Of a stretch of 17,512 nt of DNA, positions 8,391-17,371 are shown piece by piece; position 1 is the first letter of the stretch, and each line of letters begins with the position of its first letter. The position numbers and the translations under genes were made by a program. Below the pieces are notes generated by a model, which saw only the letters and a program-made list of their open reading frames with translations, was not told the origin of the DNA and ran no database searches. Origin of the DNA: Calditrichaceae bacterium (lineage in GTDB: Bacteria; Calditrichota; Calditrichia; Calditrichales; JBFXGD01); the NCBI GenBank assembly GCA_050178385.1, contig JBFXGD010000010.1, positions 27,321-44,832 on the forward strand, read 5' to 3'.

Positions 8391-9191
8391 TTAATTTACC
8401 TTTAATCCGTCACCGGTTCCAAATATTTCAACAAAAAAGTCCTTCATTGCCTGCCATGAACGTTTATCAGCTTTTTCGTTGTAAGCGGCCCCTTTTGAGT
8501 TATCGTCACCGGCGGCGGGATTGGTAAAGGCGTGAACCGCCTCTCCGTAAATATTCATCTGCCAGTCAACGCCGGCATCCCTCATTTCTTTCTGGAAAGC
8601 CTCAACCTCAGCAGGGGGTACATTCGGGTCATCTCCGCCGTGTAAAACCAGTATGGGACATCTTATATTATTCGCGTCTTCGGGATTGGGCGTCGAAAGT
8701 CCTCCGTGAAAACTGACAACCCCGGAAATATCCGCGCCCGACCGCGCCAGTTCCAAAGCGACGGATCCGCCAAAGCAATAACCGATCACAGCGACCCGCG
8801 ATGTGTCAGTCAGTTTATGTTCGAGCAGAATTTTCAGTCCCGCCTTGGCCCGGTCCCGCATCAATTGCCGGTCTTCGTAAAATTTTCCTGCCCAGACCGA
8901 TGCTTCCGAGGCAGATTTAAGCCATACACCCGCGCCGTACATATCAAGTGCGAAAGCGACATAGCCCAATTCAGCCATCTGATCCGCGCGGCGGCGGGCG
9001 TATTCATTTAGTCCCCACCATTCGTGAATGACAAGAACCGCGGGACGTTTGCCCTCGATCGTCTTATCAAACACCATATGACCCCGCAGAGATGTGTCAC
9101 CATGTTTATAAAGCACCCGCTCGGAAACCAGGTTTTCCTGGGCGAGTGCCGGAATGGAAAATACCATCAGTAGAAACAGCAATTTTTTCAT
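8391..9191 (-). CDS. Dienelactone hydrolase family protein, exported
   Basis: Motifs HEWWGLN, GYCFGG nucleophile, SFHG, HGGDDP and HAFTNP. Start reassigned to ATG 9191 (MKKLLFLLMVFSIPALA signal peptide), preceded by a GGAGG RBS at 9198-9202. Confidence 0.93.
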   Translation of the reverse strand: MKKLLFLLMVFSIPALAQENLVSERVLYKHGDTSLRGHMVFDKTIEGKRPAVLVIHEWWGLNEYARRRADQMAELGYVAFALDMYGAGVWLKSASEASVWAGKFYEDRQLMRDRAKAGLKILLEHKLTDTSRVAVIGYCFGGSVALELARSGADISGVVSFHGGLSTPNPEDANNIRCPILVLHGGDDPNVPPAEVEAFQKEMRDAGVDWQMNIYGEAVHAFTNPAAGDDNSKGAAYNEKADKRSWQAMKDFFVEIFGTGDGLKVN

Positions 9192-9396
9192 GGCCGGCCT
9201 CCGAATCATATAAAAATATTTTTGAACTTTTCCAGGATTAGAACAGGGTGGTTCATCGTTGTTATAAGAGCTAATATGTTTCAATTTATTCCTTGTAAGA
9301 TTAAATTCAAAGATCATAAATTTTTTATTCGGGTTTGATAATAACTTCTCAGGCAGTTATTATAAGATGGATGTTTAAAAACAGGAGAATCGATAA

Positions 9397-10350
9397 ATGC
9401 GTATTGCCATCTTCGGATCCGGGGGTGTTGGCGGTTATTTTGGCGGGCGGCTGGCAGAATCTGGTGCCGATGTTACGTTTATTGCCAGGGGAACTCATCT
9501 TCAGGCCATGAAAAGTGCGGGTTTGCGGGTTGACAGCATTAAAGGCGATTTCCTGGTTCATCCCGTGAAGGCGACAGATAATGTGTCTGATGCGAGTATC
9601 TTTGATGTGGTTGTTTCATCGGTAAAAGCGTGGCAAGTGGCGGAATCTGCCCATACGCTTTCCGCGATTGTAGGACCGCAAACATTTATCCTTACTCTTC
9701 AAAACGGAGTGGAAGCGCCGGGTGAATACGCGAAGATTTTCGGCAATGAAAAGGTTGTACCGGGATTGTGCCATATCATCAGTTCAGTAATCGGCCCGGG
9801 ACACATCAGGCATTCAGGAGCCGAGCCGCGAATTGCTTTTGGTGAATCAAATAATGAAAAAAGCGCGCGTACCGAGAAACTTCGCGATCTGTTTGAAAAA
9901 AGTGGAATCCGGGTGACGATCCCTGAAAATATTCAGACAGCCTTGTGGGAAAAATTTCTGTTTATCGCCTCCCTGAGCGGAATGGGTGCGGTGACACGAG
10001 CTCCGGCAGGCATTTTGCGGAGTTTGCCGGAAACAAGAAAAATGCTTGAAAGCGCCATGCTTGAGATTTTTGAATTAGCCCGCGTCTCGGGTGTTGCTCT
10101 GTCTGACGACATAATCCAAAAAACAATGGCTTTTGTGGATAGCCTCCCCGGACATGGCACGGCATCCATGCAGCGGGACATCATGGCCGGCAGACCCTCA
10201 GAACTTGAAGCGCAGAACGGAGCCGTCGCGCGTATTGCCGCGAATAAAAAAATCCCGGCGCCCGTGAATGAATTCATATACAAAACACTCCTCCCCTTGG
10301 AACTAATCGCGCGGGGGAAGATTGAATATCCCGGTAACGGGGTACTATAA
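9397..10350 (+). CDS. panE: 2-dehydropantoate 2-reductase (ketopantoate reductase)
   Basis: MRIAIFGSGGVGGYFG Rossmann motif, VK, LQNGVE, LWEKFLF and SMQRDIMAGRPSELE. AGGAGA RBS. Confidence 0.93.
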   Translation: MRIAIFGSGGVGGYFGGRLAESGADVTFIARGTHLQAMKSAGLRVDSIKGDFLVHPVKATDNVSDASIFDVVVSSVKAWQVAESAHTLSAIVGPQTFILTLQNGVEAPGEYAKIFGNEKVVPGLCHIISSVIGPGHIRHSGAEPRIAFGESNNEKSARTEKLRDLFEKSGIRVTIPENIQTALWEKFLFIASLSGMGAVTRAPAGILRSLPETRKMLESAMLEIFELARVSGVALSDDIIQKTMAFVDSLPGHGTASMQRDIMAGRPSELEAQNGAVARIAANKKIPAPVNEFIYKTLLPLELIARGKIEYPGNGVL

Positions 10351-10401
10351 TCAGTTCACATTATGTCAAAAATCTATTGATATCAATTCCGGAGATCTAA
10401 A

Positions 10402-13260
10402 ATGAAATCTTTAAAACTTTACATGGGATCGTTGCTGCTCCTGTTCCTTCTTTCATGCACAGGGGCAAAACAGGAAATAAAAATGATCCCCATATCGGTT
10501 TCTTTGAATCCCGAGGACATTCTGCCGGTCGATCCGAATATCATTAAAGGAAAGCTGGATAACGGACTCACTTACTATATCCGGAAAAACGCCACACCGG
10601 AGTACAGAGCGGAATTAAGGCTGGTAGTAAACGCGGGATCTGTTCTTGAAGAAGATGACCAGCAGGGATTGGCGCATTTTGTGGAACATATGTCGTTCAA
10701 CGGAACCGAAAACTTCCAAAAACAGGAACTGGTGAGTTATCTGGAATCGGTGGGCATGCGTTTTGGACCGGATATCAATGCTTACACCAGCTTTGATGAG
10801 ACGGTGTATATGCTGCAGCTGCCGACCGACAGTTCCGGCGTTCTTGGGAAGGGTGTTCAGGTGCTGGAGGATTGGGCGTGCGCTCTTTCCTTTGATCACG
10901 CGGAAATCGATAAGGAACGAGGCGTTATCATCGAAGAATGGCGGCTGGGAAGAGGCAGCGATGCCCGCATGCGTGATAAGCAATTACCGGTTTTATTTAA
11001 AGATTCCCGTTACGCGGAGCGTCTCCCCATCGGCCAAAAGGCTTTATTGGATACCTTTAAATATGAAACGCTGAAGAAATTTTATAAGGACTGGTACCGG
11101 CCGGATCTGATGGCGGTTATCGCGGTCGGTGACTTCAATCCTGAATATATGCAGGATTTAATCAAGAAACATTTCGGAGCGATACCGCCGGTGGAAAATC
11201 CACGGACGCGGCCATTATATGGCATTCCGGATCACAAACTGCCTCGCTATGCCATAGCTTCTGACCCTGAAGCCACCAGATCGCTTATAAGCATCTATCA
11301 TAAGCTGCCGGTGACCAGGGATGCGACGGTTACTGATTATCGAAACCTTATTATTGAAGCACTTTACAGCAATATGTTAAATCAGCGGCTGGATGAACTA
11401 ACAAGACTGGCTGATCCGCCCTTCTTTTATGCCATCTCCGGGAAAGGCCGCTTTGTCAGAAACGGCGCATACTTTATTCTATCAGCAATGGCAAAGGAGA
11501 ACGGAATTCCGGGAGGCATGAAGGCTCTTTTAACCGAAGCGAAGCGTTTACAGGAGTTTGGTTTTACCGAATCCGAACTGGAACGTGAAAAAGCATCACT
11601 TTTGCGGGGTATGGAACAGGCGTATAAGGAGCGCAGCAAGTCTGAATCCGCCGGATTCGCCGCCGAATATACCCGCAATTTCCTCGAAGATGAACCAATC
11701 CCGGGAATCGTTATTGAATATGAGATTTACAAAAAATATCTGCCGGGAATCAAGCTTGCAGAGGTTAACGGACTCACGGCAAAATGGCTGTCAGACAACA
11801 ACCGTACAATTTTAGTCAATTCACCGGAGAAGGAATCGATTATTATTCCGACCGAGCAAGAATTATCGGCGGTCATTGATTCTGTCGCCGGCAGCAGTAC
11901 CGATGCGTACGTTGATGACGCGACCGATGAACCACTGGTCGATTTTATCCCGCAGGCATCACCTGTCATTAAAACAAAATATCACGAAAAACTTGATTTG
12001 ACGGAGTGGAAACTGGGTAATGGCGCGACAGTTTTTCTAAAACCGACTGATTATAAAAATGATGATATCCGTTTTACCGCCTTTAGCCCCGGTGGTCTGT
12101 CATTAATACCCGATTCCAATCTGGTTGCCGCGAAGACCGCCACAGGCATTATTGTTGATGGAGGCGTGGCCCAATTCAGTAAAATTCAACTGGAAAAGAT
12201 GCTGTCCGGCAAAGTGGTCAGAATATCTCCCTATATCGGTGAAATAACGGAAGGAATATCCGGTCAGGCTTCACCGCAGGATCTGGAAACAATGTTCCAG
12301 CTATCATATCTCTATTTTACACAACCACGGGAAGACAGTACCGCCTTTTTGTCATACAAAGCGTGGATTGAATCGTATTACCGTAACCGTGACGCCAATC
12401 CTGAAGCTGCTTTTCAGGACACCGTTACTTCAATGCTCACCGGGAATCATCCCCGGTTCAGACCGCTTCAAACAAAAAATATACAGGAAATGGATCTGCG
12501 CAAATCTATTCAAATTTTCTCCAACCGTTTTGCCGATGCATCCGACTTCACATTTTTCTTTGTCGGAAACTTTGAACCCGAATCCATCCGGCCGCTGATT
12601 GAAACCTGGATCGGCGGACTCCCGTCGAAGAATTCAAAGGAAATCTGGAGCGACCGGACGTATGAATATCCAACCGGGATTAGTGAAAAGTCACTTTCCG
12701 GAGGCACGGAACCGAAAAGCCTAAATTCAATCACATTCACGGGACCCTTTAAATGGAGTCCTGATGAACAATACAAGGCTGACGCAATGGTCTCGGTTCT
12801 GAATATCAGGCTGCGTGAACGAATCCGCGAAGACCTCGGCGGTACATACGGAGTACGCGTGTCAGGTGTTTTTTCACACTATCCTGTCGAAAGATATAGA
12901 ATCAGGATATCTTTCGGCTCAGATCCGGAACGGGTGGAAGAACTCACAAAAGAAATTTTCACCGTGATCAGTGATTTAAAAAATAATGGTACGACTGAAG
13001 ATTATCTAAATAAAGTAAAAGAAATGGATACCCGGGAACTCGAGATTAATATGAAAGATAATGGATATTGGCTCAATGCGCTGGAGTACAGAAGCTTTAA
13101 CGGTATTGATCCGGCTGATATTCTAAAAACCAGAGATCGTATTGACCGGCTTACTGTCGGAGATATCGAAAACGCGGCCGATAAATATCTGAACACCGAT
13201 AATTATTTCAGAGTGGTGCTTTATCCCGAAACGGTTTCAAGGGATAAGCAGATTAAATAA
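10402..13260 (+). CDS. M16 family zinc metallopeptidase (PqqL-like), predicted lipoprotein
   Basis: GKLDNGLTYYIR, inverted zinc motif GLAHFVEHM (HxxEH), NAYTSFDETVY, ERGVIIEEWR, WYRPDLM and second-half LRERIREDLGGTYG. Lipobox LLSC. GGAGA RBS. Confidence 0.95.
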   Translation: MKSLKLYMGSLLLLFLLSCTGAKQEIKMIPISVSLNPEDILPVDPNIIKGKLDNGLTYYIRKNATPEYRAELRLVVNAGSVLEEDDQQGLAHFVEHMSFNGTENFQKQELVSYLESVGMRFGPDINAYTSFDETVYMLQLPTDSSGVLGKGVQVLEDWACALSFDHAEIDKERGVIIEEWRLGRGSDARMRDKQLPVLFKDSRYAERLPIGQKALLDTFKYETLKKFYKDWYRPDLMAVIAVGDFNPEYMQDLIKKHFGAIPPVENPRTRPLYGIPDHKLPRYAIASDPEATRSLISIYHKLPVTRDATVTDYRNLIIEALYSNMLNQRLDELTRLADPPFFYAISGKGRFVRNGAYFILSAMAKENGIPGGMKALLTEAKRLQEFGFTESELEREKASLLRGMEQAYKERSKSESAGFAAEYTRNFLEDEPIPGIVIEYEIYKKYLPGIKLAEVNGLTAKWLSDNNRTILVNSPEKESIIIPTEQELSAVIDSVAGSSTDAYVDDATDEPLVDFIPQASPVIKTKYHEKLDLTEWKLGNGATVFLKPTDYKNDDIRFTAFSPGGLSLIPDSNLVAAKTATGIIVDGGVAQFSKIQLEKMLSGKVVRISPYIGEITEGISGQASPQDLETMFQLSYLYFTQPREDSTAFLSYKAWIESYYRNRDANPEAAFQDTVTSMLTGNHPRFRPLQTKNIQEMDLRKSIQIFSNRFADASDFTFFFVGNFEPESIRPLIETWIGGLPSKNSKEIWSDRTYEYPTGISEKSLSGGTEPKSLNSITFTGPFKWSPDEQYKADAMVSVLNIRLRERIREDLGGTYGVRVSGVFSHYPVERYRIRISFGSDPERVEELTKEIFTVISDLKNNGTTEDYLNKVKEMDTRELEINMKDNGYWLNALEYRSFNGIDPADILKTRDRIDRLTVGDIENAADKYLNTDNYFRVVLYPETVSRDKQIK

Positions 13261-13324
13261 AGGAGACAAATTACTTCGCGTTAAGAATAAATGATTATTC
13301 TCCGGCCGTTAAATAAAATTACAG

Positions 13325-13354
13325 ATGCCTTTCGAATTTTTCGGGAGGCATTTT
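13325..13354 (+). terminator. Putative intrinsic terminator after the M16 peptidase
   Basis: ATGCCTTTCGA / TCGGGAGGCAT stem (G-U pairs) followed by TTT. Confidence 0.55.
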
Positions 13355-13465
13355 GCGTAATGAATTAGTTATACCAAATGTCAGATGATGCCGGCCTTAT
13401 TTATCAGGTTCAACGGCCAGATTTGATTCATATTGCATTATGAAATTAGAAACGGAGATCTAATC

Positions 13466-14230
13466 ATGCTTAAGCTAGGAATGGCTTCACAACTTTCCAT
13501 AGGGACAAAGGATATTGAAAAGTCCTTTGACTTCTATGAAAAATTAGGTTTCACTAAAAAGGTTGAGAGCTCGATCCCGAATCCGTGGATGCAGATATCT
13601 GACGGAACCCTGCTGATCCTTCTGAATCAGGACGGACCTGAATATATTGGTCTAAATTATTTTGCCAGCGGTATGGAAAGTAAAGTGGAGGAGCTTAAAA
13701 AGGCGGGGATTGAATTTCTTGAGACTTCAGAAGATGACGGTAATTTATATATGGGAAGTTTTTCAAGCCCGGACAATTTTACGGTTGGTTTGATAAACCG
13801 TGATCCAAACGGCATGTACCGGCCGGATGGGTATCATCTCTTCAATTTCCCCAAAAAATACTTTTATGAACCGCAGAAATATCCGAACGAGAGATGCGGT
13901 ATTTTCGGTGAGATTTGCCATCCCGTAAAGGATTTAAATTTATCCATGAAATTCTGGGAGACTCTTGGGTTTGAGCAAAAGGCTTATAACAAGCAGCCAT
14001 ATCCCTGGGCGATTATCTCTGACGGAATGAATTATATCGGGTTGCATCAAACACGGGATTTCAAACAGCCCGCTATCACCTATTACGCGCCGGATGTCCC
14101 GAAAAGAGTCAAAGCGCTTGAAAATGCAGGCATTGACTCAGTGGAATTTTTCGGTGGAATATTCGGAAATGACTCAAATGTGATTATCAAAACACCCGAA
14201 GGACAGAAGTTCTTTTTGTTTAATTTGTAG
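13466..14230 (+). CDS. Two-domain VOC (glyoxalase/bleomycin-resistance) family protein
   Basis: Two repeats of the VOC pattern (SIGTKDIEKSFDFYEKLGF...; HPVKDLNLSMKFWETLGF...; SPDN/TPEG near the domain ends). Start set at ATG 13466 after a GGAGA RBS. Confidence 0.85.
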   Translation: MLKLGMASQLSIGTKDIEKSFDFYEKLGFTKKVESSIPNPWMQISDGTLLILLNQDGPEYIGLNYFASGMESKVEELKKAGIEFLETSEDDGNLYMGSFSSPDNFTVGLINRDPNGMYRPDGYHLFNFPKKYFYEPQKYPNERCGIFGEICHPVKDLNLSMKFWETLGFEQKAYNKQPYPWAIISDGMNYIGLHQTRDFKQPAITYYAPDVPKRVKALENAGIDSVEFFGGIFGNDSNVIIKTPEGQKFFLFNL

Positions 14231-14382
14231 TAGGAAGAAAGAAGTAGGAAGTGGGAAGGATAAGAAAAAAGATAAAAGAAAAAAGAGAAGAGAAGTAAGA
14301 AGTGAGAAGTAGGAAGTAGGAATTTAAAAGCGTTAAAAGAAAAGAGTTAAGAGTAGGGCGGGTAAAGAAAATTGGATCTCCA

Positions 14383-14451
14383 ATCCCGAAGGGATGGCAT
14401 TTTTGTAGAAAAACGGACCCCACAACATCACGCGGCCCCGTAGGGGTCGAA
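14383..14451 (+). repeat. REP-like hairpin doublet, copy 2
   Basis: ATCCC-gaa-GGGAT hairpin, TTTGTAGAAA, 21 nt, then CGGCCCC-gta-GGGGTCG AA hairpin. Confidence 0.65.
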
Positions 14452-14573
14452 CAATTACGCGGGAATCCCTATTCTGCCGGTCAGGATAATTTGGTCGTTT
14501 ATCACAAAGCTACTGTTTGCGATTCTTTGGGGCGAATTTTCTGTCGGTACAAAAGTAATAACCCTCCCCTCGA

Positions 14574-14601
14574 TCCCCTCCCTTATGCATAAGGGAGGGG
14601 A
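14574..14601. repeat. Perfect 28-bp palindrome TCCCCTCCCTTATGCATAAGGGAGGGGA (REP-like)
   Basis: Direct inspection. It is preceded by ACCCTCCCCTCGA. Confidence 0.85.
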
Positions 14602-14967
14602 AGGGCATGATTTATCAGGCCCGGGGTGGGTTAGGAAAGCAAGATAAAAGAAAAAAGATAAAAGAAAAAAGAGAAGAGCCACAGTATGCTTTGGCTGAAG
14701 TAAGAACGTTATGAGTTAAGAGTGTAAGAGCTAAGAGTAGTGGCGCGATGCTCGTGACCTGGGTAGGGATTGAACTCAGAGTAATCATTTAATCAGGCGA
14801 ATCAAAGTTCAGACAATGAAGCTGATCAAATGGGAAAGAAGAAGGGTAAAAAAAAGATAAAAGAAAAAAGATAAAAGAAAAAAGAGAAGAGCCACAGTAC
14901 GCTTTGGCTGAAGTAAGAAGGTTAAAAGTGTAAAAACAAATATAAATCCGAACTGGTCAGGTAAAAA

Positions 14968-15981
14968 ATGCTTCATATAACTAATGGTGACATGACCGCA
15001 AAACTGCTGCGTTGCGCGAATATGCCGGGAATCATTCTTCCATGGAAAGATATATTACATGAAGGACCGGTTCCGGGTAGCCTGAGTTTAAGTGAATTGT
15101 CGTTATCCAGGGCAAAATTTATATCCGCGAACGGCTGGGGCAGCTACCGGACGGTTCTGCGTGATTTTAATAAACGTGATAATATACTGGTGCATTTTAA
15201 AGAACACGAAGAAGTTATTTTCTGGTTTGATGATGATCTTTATGATCAGCTCCAGTTGATCCAATTATTCGGATGGTTCAGGGGTAAAAATCCTAAGCAG
15301 ACAAAACTGAGTATCGCCACTATTCCCCTGTCCATGAAGCCCACCGATTTTAATCTGATCGGTCAGTATTACCGGGACAGAACAGAGGTGACACAGGAAC
15401 AACTGGAAACGGGATATCACGCCTGGACCGCCTTTACCTCCCCGGAACCGGACAAATTGGAAGAATTGCTCCGTAATGATACATCAGCCATGAGTTTTTT
15501 GAGAGACGCCATCATCAGGCTGCTGAAACAGTATCCATCATCGTTAAACGGCCTTTCATGCACCGAAAAACATATCCTTGAAATCGTACTCGCTGGAAGG
15601 AATAAACCGGATGAAATATTTTCCGGCGCGCAGAGTAAGGAGTCCCGGCCATTCATGGGGGATATGCCTTTCTGGACCTATGTGTATAGCTTCACGGTGG
15701 GAGCGCGTCCGCTGCTGAAGACATCAAACGACCAGCCTTTTCGTATCCCGTCCCCGTCGTCAAACGGAAATGGGGGACAGCGCGTCTATATAACACCGGC
15801 GGGAATAGAAGTTCTGCGCGGACAGGCGGACTGGATAACGATCAATGGAATCAACCGCTGGATCGGCGGGGTTCATCTGACGAAAGAACGATTTTGGCGC
15901 TGGGATGAAAACAGCGGGAAACTTATGCGTGCTGGAGTTGCCCGGATGTCCGGAGTGCATAATTCATCGAGCCATAAATAG
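14968..15981 (+). CDS. DUF1835 domain-containing protein
   Basis: MLHITNGD, W-DILHEGPVP, EEVIFWFDDDLYDQLQL, P---NGLS-TE, FMGD and RWIGGVHL---WRWD are patterns recalled for this family. Confidence 0.78.
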   Translation: MLHITNGDMTAKLLRCANMPGIILPWKDILHEGPVPGSLSLSELSLSRAKFISANGWGSYRTVLRDFNKRDNILVHFKEHEEVIFWFDDDLYDQLQLIQLFGWFRGKNPKQTKLSIATIPLSMKPTDFNLIGQYYRDRTEVTQEQLETGYHAWTAFTSPEPDKLEELLRNDTSAMSFLRDAIIRLLKQYPSSLNGLSCTEKHILEIVLAGRNKPDEIFSGAQSKESRPFMGDMPFWTYVYSFTVGARPLLKTSNDQPFRIPSPSSNGNGGQRVYITPAGIEVLRGQADWITINGINRWIGGVHLTKERFWRWDENSGKLMRAGVARMSGVHNSSSHK

Positions 15982-16087
15982 CGGAGCATTGTATATTTTC
16001 CGGACCGGTGAGAAAAGTTATTTTTATTGGACTGATCAGCATGAGATTTTCGTTTGTCATATAAACCATTTATCAAGAGGGGGAAAA

Positions 16088-16441
16088 ATGGGAGCACCTG
16101 TAGTACACTTCGAAATAACCGGCAGGGATGTCAAGAAATTACATAGTTTTTACAGTGAATTGTTTGACTGGAGGATCAATTCAGACAATCCGCTGAATTA
16201 CGGAATGATTGAGGCCCAATCTGACAAAAGCATCGGAGGGGGTATCGCGGAAGCAGCCAAAGGCAGCCCCAGTCACGCGACTTTTTATGTGGAAGTTGCC
16301 GATCCAAAGGCGGTGCTTAAGAGAGCGGAAAAAATGGGCGGTAAAATCGTGGTCCCGGTGACGGAAATACCAAATATGGTCACCTTTGCCATGTTCACCG
16401 ATCCGGAAGGTCATCTGATCGGTCTTGTCAAAAGCATGTAG
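16088..16441 (+). CDS. VOC family protein (glyoxalase/bleomycin-resistance-like)
   Basis: MGAPVVHFEITGRD---FYSELFDW...GGGI...FYVEVAD...GGKIVVP...FAMFTDPEGHLIGL. Start reassigned from 15905 to ATG 16088 after AGAGGGG. Confidence 0.92.
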   Translation: MGAPVVHFEITGRDVKKLHSFYSELFDWRINSDNPLNYGMIEAQSDKSIGGGIAEAAKGSPSHATFYVEVADPKAVLKRAEKMGGKIVVPVTEIPNMVTFAMFTDPEGHLIGLVKSM

Positions 16442-16494
16442 CTGCTTCATAATTTCCGTGTTGAAGCCGGATTCTTAATCCTGTCATCTTTTCC

Positions 16495-16522
16495 CAGCCG
16501 GTCAAGCGCCGGCTGTTTTTTT
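16495..16522 (+). terminator. Intrinsic terminator
   Basis: CAGCCGG-tcaagcg-CCGGCTG followed by T7, downstream of the VOC gene. Confidence 0.85.
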
Positions 16523-16781
16523 CCGTTCAGTTGTTCTGACTATCCAACTGAAATCTTGGGCGTATCAGTATTTGCTTTAATGAAAATAATAATTATATTT
16601 CATATCATTATTCTCTTTTGTCATCATTCTGACGTCTAATTTTTTTTAGACAATATACTATTAAGTTGTTTCAAACGTTGCCTGGTATCATATTAGTCTT
16701 TTTGATGCACCCGGCAATGTCAGGCATGGCATAACGAGCGCATCGTTTATGTTGTCAATTGGTTGCAGGAGGAGAAATATC

Positions 16782-17309
16782 ATGAAAATGATTCCCTGGA
16801 TTGTGCTGGCGGTAATTTTTGTCGGCTGCTCAAATAATGCGGAAAGCCCTCTTCAGGAATATGTCGAGGGAGAAGTTGTCTTTGGTCTGCAGGATAGCGT
16901 CTCACTTGAAGAACTTGCCGATTATGTTTATACCTTAGATAATATTTCAATAAGTGATGTCGTTTCATTCCAATATGATTCAGATCTTCCACAGGATAGT
17001 ATGGAGACAATAAAATCTGTTTTGGAAGCACAATCATATTTCTGGAGCGGAACCGTTAAGACCTCCTGGTTGGAAACAGGTTCAAAAATACTGGTTGAAT
17101 TTTGGATTCGGGACTTTACATCTGAAGACAGAAAAAACTGGGCTTCACTAATAGAACGCTTTCATTTATCTCATTTGTCATATAGGTTCCAGGCAGGCTT
17201 GTTTGATGTTGAAACTGGAAAAGAAAAAGAATGGATAACTATTTTATCTGATAATATTATATTTCGTTTTGTGGAATTAAATACTATAGGTCATGCAACT
17301 GATCTCTGA
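16782..17309 (+). CDS. Hypothetical lipoprotein
   Basis: AGGAGGAG RBS before ATG 16782. MKMIPWIVLAVIFVGC is a signal peptide II with a lipobox. No family recognised. Confidence 0.75.
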   Translation: MKMIPWIVLAVIFVGCSNNAESPLQEYVEGEVVFGLQDSVSLEELADYVYTLDNISISDVVSFQYDSDLPQDSMETIKSVLEAQSYFWSGTVKTSWLETGSKILVEFWIRDFTSEDRKNWASLIERFHLSHLSYRFQAGLFDVETGKEKEWITILSDNIIFRFVELNTIGHATDL

Positions 17310-17371
17310 GAATATTAATATTCCAGACCTATGCCGCACGCTAAAATCTACAGATGAAAATAAGGAAAAAC

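Larger units (their letters stand above)
14231..14940 (+). repeat. Composite intergenic repeat locus B (heptamer arrays plus hairpin modules)
   Basis: Purine-rich 7-mer arrays (AAGTAAG AAGTGAG AAGTAGG AAGTAGG at 14293-14320; AAAAGAT/AAAAGAA). A 66-bp direct repeat at 14641-14706 and 14854-14919 has 1 mismatch. Core 14667-14841 is the inverted copy of 3712-3878. Confidence 0.92.

Noticed and set aside
10340..10371. dif-like XerC/D site (GGGTACTATAA...TTATGTCAAAA)
   Set aside because: The spacer is 10 bp rather than 6-8 bp and the XerC arm is a poor match.
830..13196. Numerous short antisense or alternate-frame ORFs inside the main genes
   Set aside because: They are shadow ORFs fully overlapping well-supported CDSs and have no motifs.
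13284..13301. AGAATAA-atga-TTATTCT dyad as a Fur-like operator
   Set aside because: AT-rich and upstream of the putative terminator rather than next to a promoter, so a chance occurrence is plausible.
14220..14682. ORFs 14220..14423 and 14455..14682
   Set aside because: Their F/L/S-rich translations are artefacts of the pyrimidine-rich heptamer repeats.
3712..14841. Classical composite transposon or IS pair
   Set aside because: The repeats encode no transposase, no target-site duplication is seen, and the cargo includes housekeeping-type genes (panE, M16 peptidase).
14641..14919. CRISPR array
   Set aside because: Only two units per locus, low-complexity 66-bp repeats, spacers of about 150 bp and no cas genes.
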